A stretch of 64,000 bases of DNA from Eledone cirrhosa (lineage: Eukaryota), in assembly GCA_964016885.1 (NCBI GenBank), contig OZ024755.1, positions 3,286,001 through 3,350,000 on the forward strand. The letters are read 5' to 3'. The notes under the pieces are model-generated. The model made no database searches and was not told the DNA's origin. It saw only the letters and a list, made by a program, of their open reading frames with translations. Below are positions 1-10,665 of this stretch, piece by piece (position 1 is the first letter of the stretch; every line of letters begins with the position of its first letter). The position numbers and the translations under genes were made by a program.

Positions 1-110
1 CATAACCATTCTCTTACCTGTCCTATTATCTACCTATTTTAAACTTCTGTCTATGCTGCAACTGTTTTTTATGTCTAAATTCTCTGTTTTCATTGTTTGT
101 TTCTTCTCAG

Positions 111-266
111 GGTAAATTCCGTAGTATCAACCAACTATTAACTGACGTGTATGTACATGTTGGTAACAGTCTCTGTACTGATCTGAAACCACATGACACT
201 GCATTAATGTGTACACCACCTCCGACACCAAATGGTGTTGACAAGGAAGGCAACGCTCCTGTCGTA
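111..266 (+). CDS. MET-like exon: IPT/TIG domain segment ([10 protein letters not shown]...CTPPPTPNG...APVV)
   Basis: ttcttctcag acceptor, gtaagt donor at 267, 52 open codons with an IPT-like V.VG...C....L.C.PP pattern. Confidence 0.82.
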
Positions 267-2966
267 GTAAGTTACCTCTTCTTTTACTTTATAAACCATC
301 TTTCCAACAACAACCCTGAGCACCTGTGGTATACTGGTATAAACACTGGTATATTGGTATAAATACTGGTATACTGGGATAAACACTGGTATACTGGCAT
401 AAACACTGGTATATTGGTATAAATACTGGTATACTGGTATAAACACTGGTATACTGGCATAAACACTGGTATACTGGTATAAACAGTTATATTGGTGTAA
501 ACACTGGTATAAACTCTGCTATATTGGTATAAACACTGGTATACTGGTAAACACTGGTATACTGGTATAAACATCCACAAGATTATTAACCATCTTGCCA
601 ACAACAACCCTCAGCACCTTTTTAAATTCCATATATCCAACACCTATGAACATACAAAGTCAGAAAACATCACAGCTCCCGTGACTTTCAGAGACATTTT
701 TTCACATTCAGATTTGCTGAAGCATGGAACAAACTACCTGCATCAGTTGTTAGTTGCTAGGACGCTGCATCCTTCAAAACGTCTATACTTTCCGAAATTC
801 GCCAACACCACACCTGATATTTCCCCTCTACACACACGCACGTGTGTTTATGTCTGTGTGTATATCATGACTCATACACTGTTCACTTTCCTGACATTTG
901 TACATTATTCTATGTACTATATATGCACCTTTGATGAGTTGTAGTGCACCTGAGCACTGTGTGTACACAATAATTTTCATTATTATAAACCTCTTCTAAA
1001 CCAAACCCTTCTTACCCAACAACTTTTTATAACTCTTTTTAACAATTCATACTAAAGTCTAATTCCACAGAGACAGTATCGTCTAACTCAACATAGTATA
1101 GTCTAACTCGACAGTATCGTCTAACTCGACATAGTATAGTCTAACTTGACATAATATAGTCTAACTTGACATAATATAGTCTAACTTGACATAGTATAGT
1201 CTAATTCGACATAGACATAGTATAGTCTAACTCGATATAGTATAGTCTAACTCGAATTAGATTAGTTGAAGCAGGTCTCACTCTTACGTCTCAAGTTACT
1301 TCTGAGTTCTAAGAGGGAGACCCAAACCTCTAAGCCACACCAGACCTCCATACATTTTAATTGTGGGGTGAATCCATCATTTTGACATTTTGTTTTTCTC
1401 TTCTTCCTCTTTCAGCTCCATATCGGTCAGTACAAGTCAGACATTGGTTACCTAAGCTACTATGAAGAGCAGGAAGGGGAGCGACCCATAGCCCTTGGAA
1501 TAATCCTTGGTGTGGCCTTACCTATGTTGACCATTATCATCCTGTTGACAGTGTGTGTGGTGAGACGTCACATGAAACATGACCCTAGTGACAACTATAT
1601 TCCAGATGTGCTGAAGGACTATGAGGGCAAGAAAGAAAATGAGGAAACTATTGGAATGAACCACATGTCGGGTGGGACCATGGGTAGGTGCCTGTTATTG
1701 TGTGGGTGTCTACCATAGTGTGGGTGTTGATGTGTGTTATTGTGTGTGTGTGGGTGTAGTGTGTTGATGTGTAGGCGTCTGTTATTGTGTGTGTGTGTGT
1801 GTATGTTGATGTGTAGGTGTCTGCCATAGTGTGTCTGTGTGTGTTGATGTGTAGATGTCTGCCATAGTGTGTAGATGTCTGCCATAGTGTGTCTGTGTGT
1901 GTTGATGTGTGTGTGTTGATGTGTAGATGTCTGCCATAGTGTGTGTGTGTAGATGTCTGCCATAGTGTGTCTGTGTGTGTTGATGTGTGTGTGTAGATGT
2001 CTGCCATAGTGTGTGTGTGTAGGTGTCTGCCATAGTGTGTTGATGTGTAGATGTCTGCCATAGTGTGTGTGTGTTGATGTGTGTGTGTAGGTGTCTGCCA
2101 TAGTGTGTCTGAGTGTGTTGATGTGTGTGTGTAGATGTCTGCCATAGTGTGTGTGTAGGTGTCTGCCATAGTGTGTTTGTGTGTGTGTGTTGAAAACAAC
2201 ACAATGACTACACCAACCTAACAATTGAAGTCTTTACTCTAATAATTCAGTTAGAAGTTCACTAGTAAAGGTACTACACTATGTATGTATGTATGGCCCC
2301 TATAATTCCTGAGGAAGTTGTAGGACCCATACATAAAGATGCTGCCAATTTGTCATTGGTCATGTAATGGGATTAATTAAATTAGATAAATTAATTACAC
2401 CCTACCTTCACCCCAAATGTATCTATAACTCTGGATCTGAATTAGGAATTGGTGTTTATTGATTCTTGTGATTTCTTCTATTCATTTCATTTTATGTCCG
2501 CTTTTCCCTGCTTGCAAGGGTGGGACAGGAACTGATTCTGGCTTGATTTCTACAGCTTGATGCCCCTCCTAACACCAACCTCATTTACAGTGGGTGCTGG
2601 GTGCTTTTTAACTGTGGCACCTCCACGACCACTTTGCAGTGGAATGATAGGGACCCCAGTCCCTATCATCTCATTTCTACAGCTGAGTAAACTGGAGCAA
2701 TGTGAAATAAAGTGTCTTGCTCAAGGAAACAACACATCACTCGGTCTATTGTCTATTTCATTTTATTTTGGTCAGATTCTTCGCAGTACATCAGTGAACT
2801 GTTGGCCAGCTTTGATGATGAACAGGAAAGACAACAAATAACAGAACTACTTATTACACGGAATAAACTTGACATAGGAGAACTCCTTGGTAAAGGTAAG
2901 CATTAAAATAACTAAAACTTTAAAGGAATATTACCGGTTTGGCCTCCTGTGATTTTAATGAAATTT

Positions 2967-3012
<46 letters not shown>

Positions 3013-3095
3013 GTCTGTGTGTGTAAGTATGTATATATATATATGTATATATGTATATATATATAAATATATATATGTGTGTATATATATGTATA

Positions 3096-3186
<91 letters not shown>

Positions 3187-3352
3187 GTGTATATATATAT
3201 ATATGTATATATAAATGTGGTAAGGAACCAGGTGGACCATAACGCACCAAAGTACTCAATACTTAGGGTAGCAGAGTTGGTAATAGGAATGAGTAGAACC
3301 CCGACGGCTAATTCTGGACGGCTTGAGCTCAGCCGTCGGGGTCCTACTCGTT

Positions 3353-3402
<50 letters not shown>

Positions 3403-5059
3403 ATATTTATGTGTTCTGTGGTTTTAATGCTAGAAACTTGTTGAATGCAATGTTACATTTCTTTCTTATCAGGTAACTTTGGTGTAGCATACAAAGCCCA
3501 GTTTACTAAGTGTGACACTGAGCCACCTATGACTGTTGCTGTCAAGTCTTTACAAGGTAAATTAAATCTATAACAACTCTTACACCTGCAATATATATAT
3601 ACAGTTAAATTCCGGTATAACGAAATTCACGGGGTATAAAAAAATATTGTTGTAACGAAGAATTCTTTATAACAATATTGACCGAAAGAAATCGAGTATT
3701 TGTTTGTTATTACTCTGGGGATTGAAAAAACAATTTGTTATACTGAAAAATTTGTTATAATGGTATTCATTATAACGGAATATTACCTGTATCATCATTT
3801 AATTTCTGCTTTCCCTGCTAGCAAGGGTTTGACAGGTGTACATAGACCAAGTCAGTTCTGAAGAGGAGCTACTGATCTCCCAGACAAGTCAGGATATTAT
3901 TCATGTTACGAAGGGCATCCAGCTGTAGAAATCAAGCCAAAATCAGTTCTGTGTGAGCATGACATGGTCACCTGACCAGACATTTCCCACAACAGGACAA
4001 CTTGTTTAATCTATGCTAGTGTGTAAAAATGGACATAAAACGATGATGATGATGAGATATATATATATATATGTGTGTCTATATATGTCTGATCTTTCAG
4101 TCAACTCATCTATAGATCTATGGATCAATTTCTCTTAAATTGGTATCCTCTCCATTTTCATCTTTAAATCAACTCCACTGTGATCCCTGTATCAACTCCA
4201 CTGTGATCCCTGTATCAACTCCACTGTGATCCCTGTATCAACTTATTCTGTCATTTAATTGCTTAAATATATATTATCATCTATCCCTCGCTTTTCTCTA
4301 GCTTTAGATCAATATTCCATATTCTAATGTAATATTGGCTACTTTCTCTGATCCCTTCTCTTTCAGGTTCCAACACTGATCAGAAGGCGCTACAACAGTT
4401 TCTACGGGATTCACTGGTATTTAAGGAACTCCAACATAACAATGTTCTACCAATAATTGGGGTCTGTCTGACCATTAGTGATGACCCTGTAGTTATTGTA
4501 CCATATATGGAAACAATAGACCTTCGCACACACATTAGGGATTCCAGCAAAGTAAGTGACTATATATATATAAGACCCTCTTCCTGCTATTTCAAGTGTT
4601 AAACTAATATATTCCTTCCATATACTGTACCCCGTTTGTGTTATTATTTCTGTTTCCCTTTGACATATATATATATATATATATAAACATTAGGAAATTT
4701 GAAATTTCAAAATTTAGTTGCCCCAATGTAAATAACTATAATAATAGTTGATATATATAAGGGATTTTTTTCAACTATTATTATATTCATCTGCATTGGG
4801 AGAACTATATTTGATAATTGTTTTTATAATTTGATATATATGTTTTTATAATTTTTAAAATTAGTTTTGATGTACACATTTTTCCAACCTTTTATATATA
4901 TATATCTCACTCTGTTCCTCTTTTGCCAGTCGTTGTCAGTATGTACTCTACTGGACTACGGTCTCCAAGTGGCTGAAGGAATGACCTATTTATCTGAACT
5001 GAAGATCATCCACCACAATTTGTCTGCACGAAACTGTTTGTAAGTACAACTTTAAACAC

Positions 5060-5100
<41 letters not shown>

Positions 5101-7258
5101 ATTATGTAATAAACAACATAAGACAATTTTTCCATTTACTAAAGGTAAATGGAATAATTGACAGACGACCTCAACACAGATGTCTGAAATTCCTCATCAG
5201 AATAAAAATTTAACAGACGTAAGATAGTTCTGTAGCACATATAGAGCACTCTCCTTTCCTTTACTCTTCCTATGGAAATACTTCATATATATATAATTAT
5301 ATATATATACAATATTAACAAATGGAAACTATATTTATAAAACCATATTTATTTCATTATACATATTTCAAGGACACCAAGTTAAATTATGGTGTGCTTT
5401 CGTCAGACAAAATATAATATAGATCAGTTTTATAAATAAATATTGACATACCCTTTTCTCTCTTTCTCTCTCTCTCCTTCTTTTTCTTTCTCTGTAACCC
5501 AACGGTTTATTTTAAAAATAAAAATATCCAATACTATTAATAATATAAGTAAACAACTCCACTAACCGGGAGCTTCCAACAGTAATGGTTGCATTTTTTA
5601 AGGGTATGTTAATATTTATTTATAAAACTGATCTATATTATATTTTGTCTGACGAAAGCACACCATAATTTAACTTGGTGTCCTTGAAATATGTATCATG
5701 AAATAAATATGGCTTTATAAATATAGTTTCCATTTGTTAATATCGTATGTTTACTCCAAATACTTGTTGAGTGCTTTATATCAGTTATAAAAATATTTGC
5801 TTGTTGTATCCCAACAATTTAAATAGAACTTATATATATATATAAGAAATTAGTATATTTACCAACATATTTATACAGATGTATATTTACGCTAGTAACT
5901 TTGTGGTTTGATACAGAGAGATGTAGAACAATTATATAAAAGATGTAAAATAAGAAAATTATAGTAATAAAGTCATTTACTTAAATATAGGGAGACACAA
6001 AGCAGGCTTGAAAATTAGGTAGTAACATGTGCTTACGCCGTATTTGACTAAATAGAATTAGTTTGTTAGTTGGGATTTTTAAAAAAAACGTCTGAATGGA
6101 AAAAAGGATGAGTTTTGATGTACATGGGACACGAACCCACATCTTTGGTTTGACCACCAACCTTCCCCCGCCTCCCTCACAAACTCTCTCTAGTATCTGT
6201 CTTTCTGTCCACCAGGTTGTGTGATTATAAAACTGTGAAACTGACCGACATAGGTTTGACCAATGAACTCTTCAGCAAGGACTTCTACTTTACCGAGGAC
6301 CACACTGCTAAGTTACCAGTGAAATGGATGGCTCCAGAGAGTGTTGAACACTTTGTCTTCAGCATCCAAACCGATGTGGTAAGTTCCGTCCTTTACTTTG
6401 TTTTAGGTATCTTGGCCAAGGACAGGCTGGAACACCTTTTTACTTTCTCATTCTTGTTTGATCTCTCTATCTCCTTCTGCAGGGGTGGACAATTGTGAGT
6501 TCAATTCCCACATGTGGAATAAATCATGACATTTCTCAAACATGTAGTTCCAGCAATGTGAATGAAGGAACTTTGACATTGTTGCTGCTTCAACTGCAAT
6601 ACATATATATATAAACACAAACATATATATATGTCATCATCATCATCATCATCATCACCGTTTTACGTCCGTTCTTCCACGCTAGCATGGGTTAGACGAG
6701 TTGTCCTGTTGTGTGCAGCTGACCATGCCTTGCTCATACAGGAACTGATCTGGCTTGATTTCTACAGCTGGATGCCCTTCCTAACACCAACCTCATTTAC
6801 AGTGAGTGCTGGGTGCTTTTTCGTGGCGCCTACACATATGTATATATATATATATATAAACACAAACATATATATATGTATATATATCATCATCATCGTT
6901 TAACGTCCATGTTCCACGCTTGCATGGGTTTGGACCGGAGTTTTCCCACTTGAGGCAAGAGTGGTTGTCATTGCTCGCATAGGACTGTCTGGCGGGTTTT
7001 CTACGGCTGGATGCCCTCCCTAACACCAACCACATTTACAGTGTGGGGCTGGGAGGTTTTTACCGTGTTGCCTACACGGCCACATTACAGCGTGGACTGT
7101 GTGTTTTTTTGTCGTGACACCTACACGATCTCATTTGTTTCGGCCTGGATGTTGTGGCACCAACATAACTTTACATTGAAAGGGGCAGTGTGGATGGGGT
7201 GGGGGTGGTGGGACGGGGATATATATATAAATACAAACATATATATATAAACACAAAC

Positions 7259-7298
<40 letters not shown>

Positions 7299-8762
7299 AC
7301 AAACATATATATATATATGTATATATATATATGTATATATATATAAAAACACAAACATATATATGTATATATAAACACAAACATATATATACATAGAGAG
7401 AGAGAAGAAACCGTTTCGCGCCACAATCAAGATTTTACCTTTCTTTCTTTCTCTGTCTCTCTATAAACACGTGTGCTTCTCTCTACCTGTATGTGCCACT
7501 GTATGTGCCACTGTATGTGCCACTGTATGTGTCTGTATGTGTAGATGTATGTGATTTTATCTACATACTCTTCGTTATTCCAGTGGTCCTATGGAGTGGT
7601 TTTGTGGGAGCTGCTCACCCGTGGTGTGACACCTTATCCAGATGTGGTACCCTGGGATGTGCATAGCTACCTGCAGAGTGGACGACGTATGCAGAAGCCA
7701 AAACATTGCCCAGAATTCATGTAAGTACTAACACTACTACTACTACCACCACCACCACTACTCCACAACAGAGGTGTATATGAAAACATATACAATATGT
7801 CTATGTATAATATACATACCTAATCCCACTGTGAATCTGTTATGCTGTGATCATACAAATGTATTTCAGGATTGTTAATCCATCATTAGTGTTGTTACTT
7901 GGTACTAAGGTATAGAAGCTAATGCTTCATATATATATAGATTTTGCGAATAATGCATTTTTTATGATAGCATATTTGCATATAGTGCAAGCTTGATGAG
8001 ATAGTATTAATTAGTAGTAATATTATATTACACACACACACACACATATATATATATATGTTTACTCTGGGAGAAAACATATTAACTTATCGTACCATTG
8101 AGTGCTTTGTGACTGCCTCAAACAATTCGATTGGTATCTGGTATATTGCAACTACAACTATATATATATACAGAGATTTTGCTCAAGCTCCTTATGTTTA
8201 AGTTACTTGAGGTTGTATATATCCCTAAGGAACAATATTTTATCAACACATTAGTGATATGTATAAGATATTCTCTATATATGTGTGTATATAAGAAAAG
8301 TGTCAGGACTCTACCACCCGGTATCGAGTACTTTGGTGCGTTATGGTCCACCTGGTTACTTACCACCTTCGTTATATATATATGTGGATTAAAATTAAAT
8401 ATATTTTAATCATATTATACCATAAATCAGCCCAAATATGTTTTATACAGGCTAAAATGTGTATTTTGCAGAGCGTTATTTATTCAGTACTATTAAGAAC
8501 ATAGTAAACCAAAAAGTCTATACAATCTTTCTTTTATATTTTATTTTTAACTTATATTTTTGTCTTTCTCTTCTCCAGTTACCAACTGATGTTACGGTGC
8601 TGGCAGGAAGATCCTGATGACCGCCCTGCCTTCTCTGAGGTTTGCACTGCCCTTCGCAGTGTCTCCACCAACGACCCCTCTGTAACGGGGGATGAAGCTC
8701 AGCCCCTGAATGCAACCGTAGAATTTACCGGATCCACGGAATACCTCGAAGTCATCGAATAA
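111..8762 (+). CDS. MET: MET/RON (HGF receptor)-family receptor tyrosine kinase-like gene, 3' part (9 coding exons; 5' end outside window); probable pseudokinase
   Basis: Manually spliced exons 111-266, 1416-1683, 2776-2895, 3473-3556, 4367-4551, 4930-5039, 6216-6378, 7584-7720, 8579-8762. All are GT-AG with consistent phases and form one open frame: IPT-like segment, TM helix, [41 protein letters not shown]. The symbol denotes family, not proven orthology. Confidence 0.9.
325..572. repeat. Intronic minisatellite (aaacactggtatactggtat, ~20 bp unit)
   Basis: Visible tandem iteration. Confidence 0.9.
705..987 (+). mobile_element. 3' end of CR1/L2-like LINE (family also at ~32980-33240 + and ~51050-51105 -)
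   Basis: Encodes the [12 protein letters not shown]...SFK C-terminal motif typical of CR1-group ORF2; copies share the 3' UTR ttgtagtgcacctgagcactgt. Confidence 0.7.
1068..1265. repeat. Minisatellite (ctaactcgacatagtatagt, 20 bp unit)
   Basis: Visible tandem iteration. Confidence 0.9.
1416..1683 (+). CDS. MET-like exon: end of IPT (IGYLSY), transmembrane helix ([28 protein letters not shown]), juxtamembrane
   Basis: ctttcag acceptor; hydrophobic run followed by basic stop-transfer residues; gtaggt donor at 1684 (an alternative phase-1 GT exists at 1672). Confidence 0.85.
1700..2190. repeat. Compound GT-rich minisatellite (gtagatgtctgccatagt + (gt)n)
   Basis: Visible iteration; explains the His/Thr-rich spurious ORFs. 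Confidence 0.9.
2485..2745 (-). mobile_element. SINE family S2 copy (CORE-like domain plus RTE-type tail)
   Basis: Reverse complement of part of the full-length copy at 62858-63301. Confidence 0.75.
2776..2895 (+). CDS. MET-like exon: juxtamembrane to Gly-rich loop (...[10 protein letters not shown])
   Basis: gtcag acceptor, gtaagc donor, phase 1/1. Confidence 0.88.
3213..3356 (-). mobile_element. Palindromic (TA)n-inserted element, family A (half-hammerhead plus GAGTACT tail)
   Basis: ggtaaggaaccaggtggaccataacgcaccaaagtactcaatac followed by a hairpin, flanked by (TA)n; further copies at ~8296-8373, 9980-10170, 12722-12840, 22131-22227, 36977-37181, 57100-57256, 57632-57773. Confidence 0.8.
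3473..3556 (+). CDS. MET-like exon: GNFGVAYKA...VAVKSLQ (subdomains I-II)
   Basis: cttatcag acceptor, gtaaat donor; beta3 Lys retained. Confidence 0.9.
3602..3789. mobile_element. TA-flanked Tc1/pogo(Tigger)-type MITE
   Basis: Imperfect TIRs cagttaaattccggtataacg / cattataacggaatattacctg flanked by TA. Confidence 0.6.
4367..4551 (+). CDS. MET-like exon: alphaC to hinge ([25 protein letters not shown]...[13 protein letters not shown])
   Basis: tttcag acceptor, gtaagt donor. Confidence 0.9.
4930..5039 (+). CDS. MET-like exon: [25 protein letters not shown] (catalytic loop)
   Basis: ttgccag acceptor, gtaagt donor at 5040. Confidence 0.9.
5350..5414 (-). ncRNA. Type I hammerhead ribozyme motif (left arm of palindromic element)
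   Basis: Reverse complement reads tattttgt-CUGACGA-aagcacacca..tggtgtcctt-GAAA-tatgta-UA-atgaaata. Confidence 0.75.
5641..5705 (+). ncRNA. Type I hammerhead ribozyme motif (sense in MET-like intron)
   Basis: Stem I tattttgt/atgaaata (8 bp incl. GU), core CUGACGA 5649-5655, stem II aag-c-acacca/tggtgt-c-ctt, GAAA 5686-5689, minimal stem III, AUC cleavage triplet at 5695-5697. Confidence 0.8.
6216..6378 (+). CDS. MET-like exon: VKLTDIGL...[12 protein letters not shown]...TDV (activation segment)
   Basis: ccaccag acceptor, gtaagt donor; overlaps ORF 6217..6498. Confidence 0.92.
6634..7170 (-). mobile_element. Two S2-type SINE fragments with (CAT)n tails
   Basis: catcatc..gtttaacgtcc..catgggtt..ctggatgcccttcctaacaccaacc; related copies at ~3790-4055, 12435-12670, 14085-14210, 34950-35170, 36710-36940, 53245-53415. 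Confidence 0.75.
7584..7720 (+). CDS. MET-like exon: [21 protein letters not shown]...[13 protein letters not shown]
   Basis: attccag acceptor, gtaagt donor. Confidence 0.92.
8579..8762 (+). CDS. MET-like last coding exon: [20 protein letters not shown]...EYLEVIE*
   Basis: ctccag acceptor, TAA at 8760-8762, AATAAA near 8852. Confidence 0.9.
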
Positions 8763-10192
8763 TAATTGCTAAACAAAAACAAAAACATTTAAAAATGATA
8801 ATTAAAAAAAAACTATGTAAAAAAAAAAAAAATAATAATAATAATAATAGTAATAAAAACAATAAGACTCTCTCTGTGGGGGTGAGACCAGGTGTGAACT
8901 GGGTGGGGCAGGGGAGGAATTTGGTGGTAATGGAGGAGATGGTGTGGTAGTAGTAATAGTGAAGTAATTAAATAATTAAACAAGAAATTATTTTTTCACT
9001 AAGGAACAGTTTCTGTCCCTCCCCAAACAAAGCATATCCAACCTCTGTCCCCGAAAAAAACATACCTTCCCTCTGTCCGCAACAAACATACCCAACCTCT
9101 GTCCCCTTCCCCAACACACATACCCCACCTCTGCCCACAACTACCCCAAGTTCCTTCTCTCTCTCTTCTAGCTGCCACCACCCAACAACCACCTCTTACT
9201 TTCCAGCTAACCACTTCCACAAATAATACTTCTAGTCTTCCCCGGGGGGTGCAACGCTTCTGCCATTTTGTCTGAGGTGGGGCACAGCTTATATATATAT
9301 ATATACCACCCAGACTGGGGTGGAGGAGCACAGTTGAAATATCTTATCTTATCCATCATCCTTAGGCAAGACAACAGTCTCTGTTTCCCATCAAGTTTTG
9401 TAGGTCATCCTTGTCAATTCCAGTGACTTTTGCTAAGGTATCTTGGTATCTGAGCTTTCTCTCTTCTAATCACCCTTAGGTGAAACAGCAAGCACAACTT
9501 CACACCAACAGTCTCTGTTTCCCATCAAGGTTTGTAGGCCATCTTTGTCAATTCCAATATCTCTTGCTAAGGTATCCAGGTATCTGGGCTTTCTGACAGA
9601 TCAGATCTCCCACAAGAGGTCTAAAACCATATCATCTTTTGTGGTGGAACTGGTAACCAGCAAACCTTGAATGTTGTTCAATCAGTCAGGCACTTACTTT
9701 TGAAGTACACCTAGGCTCAGCTAAGATTTACATAGCACCTAGACCGTATGACAACCTCCTCCATTTTCCCCCCTATCGATGCAGACAATAAGGAGATAAC
9801 TTTGCCTTTCATTGTTTTACTAGTACAGACACCATTATCACGATGACAACTTGTACAATTATCACCACTACAAACCCCTCAAAGCTTCCTATATCAGTGC
9901 TAAATGTCGAGAGGGGGTTAGAACCAAATCACAGTTTGTCTTAGAACAAAACTGAAAATCCTTTATATATATATATAAATCAGAATGGATGCAGTAAAAG
10001 CCATTTAGGCCATTACTCACCAGAGTACTCGAAATTTGGGGTAGTAGAGTGGGTAATATGAAGGATTTGGGACCCCGATGGCAGAGCTCCTGCCGTTTCA
10101 GCAGCTAGTTTGGAACTAGCTGTTGAAATGGCAGGAGCTAAGCTGTCAGGATCCCAGCTCCTCCATCATATATATATTATTTAATTAGAAAG

Positions 10193-10380
10193 GGCGGTGA
10201 ATTGGCAGTATCGGTAGAGGGTTGGACGCCATGCTTTCTAGCATAGTTATGTCCCTTTACAGTCTGAGTTCAAATCCCGCCGAGGTTAAATTTGCCTTTC
10301 ATCCTTACGGGGTCGATAAAATAAAGTACCAGTAATGCACTGGTTAATTGCTGGCCTTGTGCCTAAAGTAGAAACAATTA
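10193..10380 (+). mobile_element. tRNA-derived SINE family S1 with 15-bp target-site duplication
   Basis: A/B-box-like tggcagtatcggtagag...gagttcaaatccc, central gcctttcatccttacggggtcgataaa, tail ggccttgtgcctaaagtagaaac; TSD tatttaattagaaag at 10178-10192 and 10379-10393. About 20 full or partial copies in the window (e.g. 10817-11000, 25843-26060, 30866-31060, 32268-32595, 41290-41478, 47788-48007, 58943-59130, 61180-61400). Confidence 0.85.
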
Positions 10381-10665
10381 TTTAATTAGAAAGTGAACAG
10401 CACAATATATTACTCCATTACCAAAGGTTTCTGGATCCCAGACAATATTAATACGTCTGGATCGGTCATCAGACAGAGATGCTGTGGATCTATAGCATCT
10501 CTGTCTGACAAACGATCCAGACGTATATTAATGTCGTCTGGGATCCAGAAACCTTTGGTAATGGAGTAATATATTGTGCTGTTCACTTTCTAATTAAATA
10601 GCTCTCTATTATACATAGAGCACTCTTTTTTCCTTTGCTTTTCCTTCGGAATTACCTAACATAGA
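10380..10665 (+). mobile_element. Palindromic hammerhead-bearing element (family B) with AGAGCACT tail
   Basis: ~105-bp inverted arms centred near 10488; homologous copy at 36457-36692. Confidence 0.8.
10413..10478 (-). ncRNA. Type I hammerhead ribozyme motif
   Basis: Reverse complement reads ctctgt-CUGAUGA-ccgatccagac..gtctgggatcca-GAAA-cctttgg-UA-atggag. The mirror copy at 10499-10566 (+) has a CUGACAA core. Confidence 0.75.

Noticed and set aside
1619-2224. His/Thr-rich ORFs of 140-201 aa on the minus strand
   Set aside because: They are translations of a GT-rich intronic minisatellite that is open in all three frames.
5125-5285. Additional minus-strand CUGAUGA with GGAAU/AUUCC stem and an AGAGCACT tail
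   Set aside because: The GAAA core is missing, so it is counted only as a degenerate member of the element group, not a ribozyme.
6247-6255. Rescue of DIG to DFG by RNA editing
   Set aside because: ATA can only become GTA, ATG or GTG by A-to-I editing, never a Phe codon; likewise GAT cannot become Glu.
10193-10285. tRNA-like A/B boxes (also 62858-62930 and others)
   Set aside because: They are SINE heads continuing into conserved SINE bodies; no complete cloverleaf is present.
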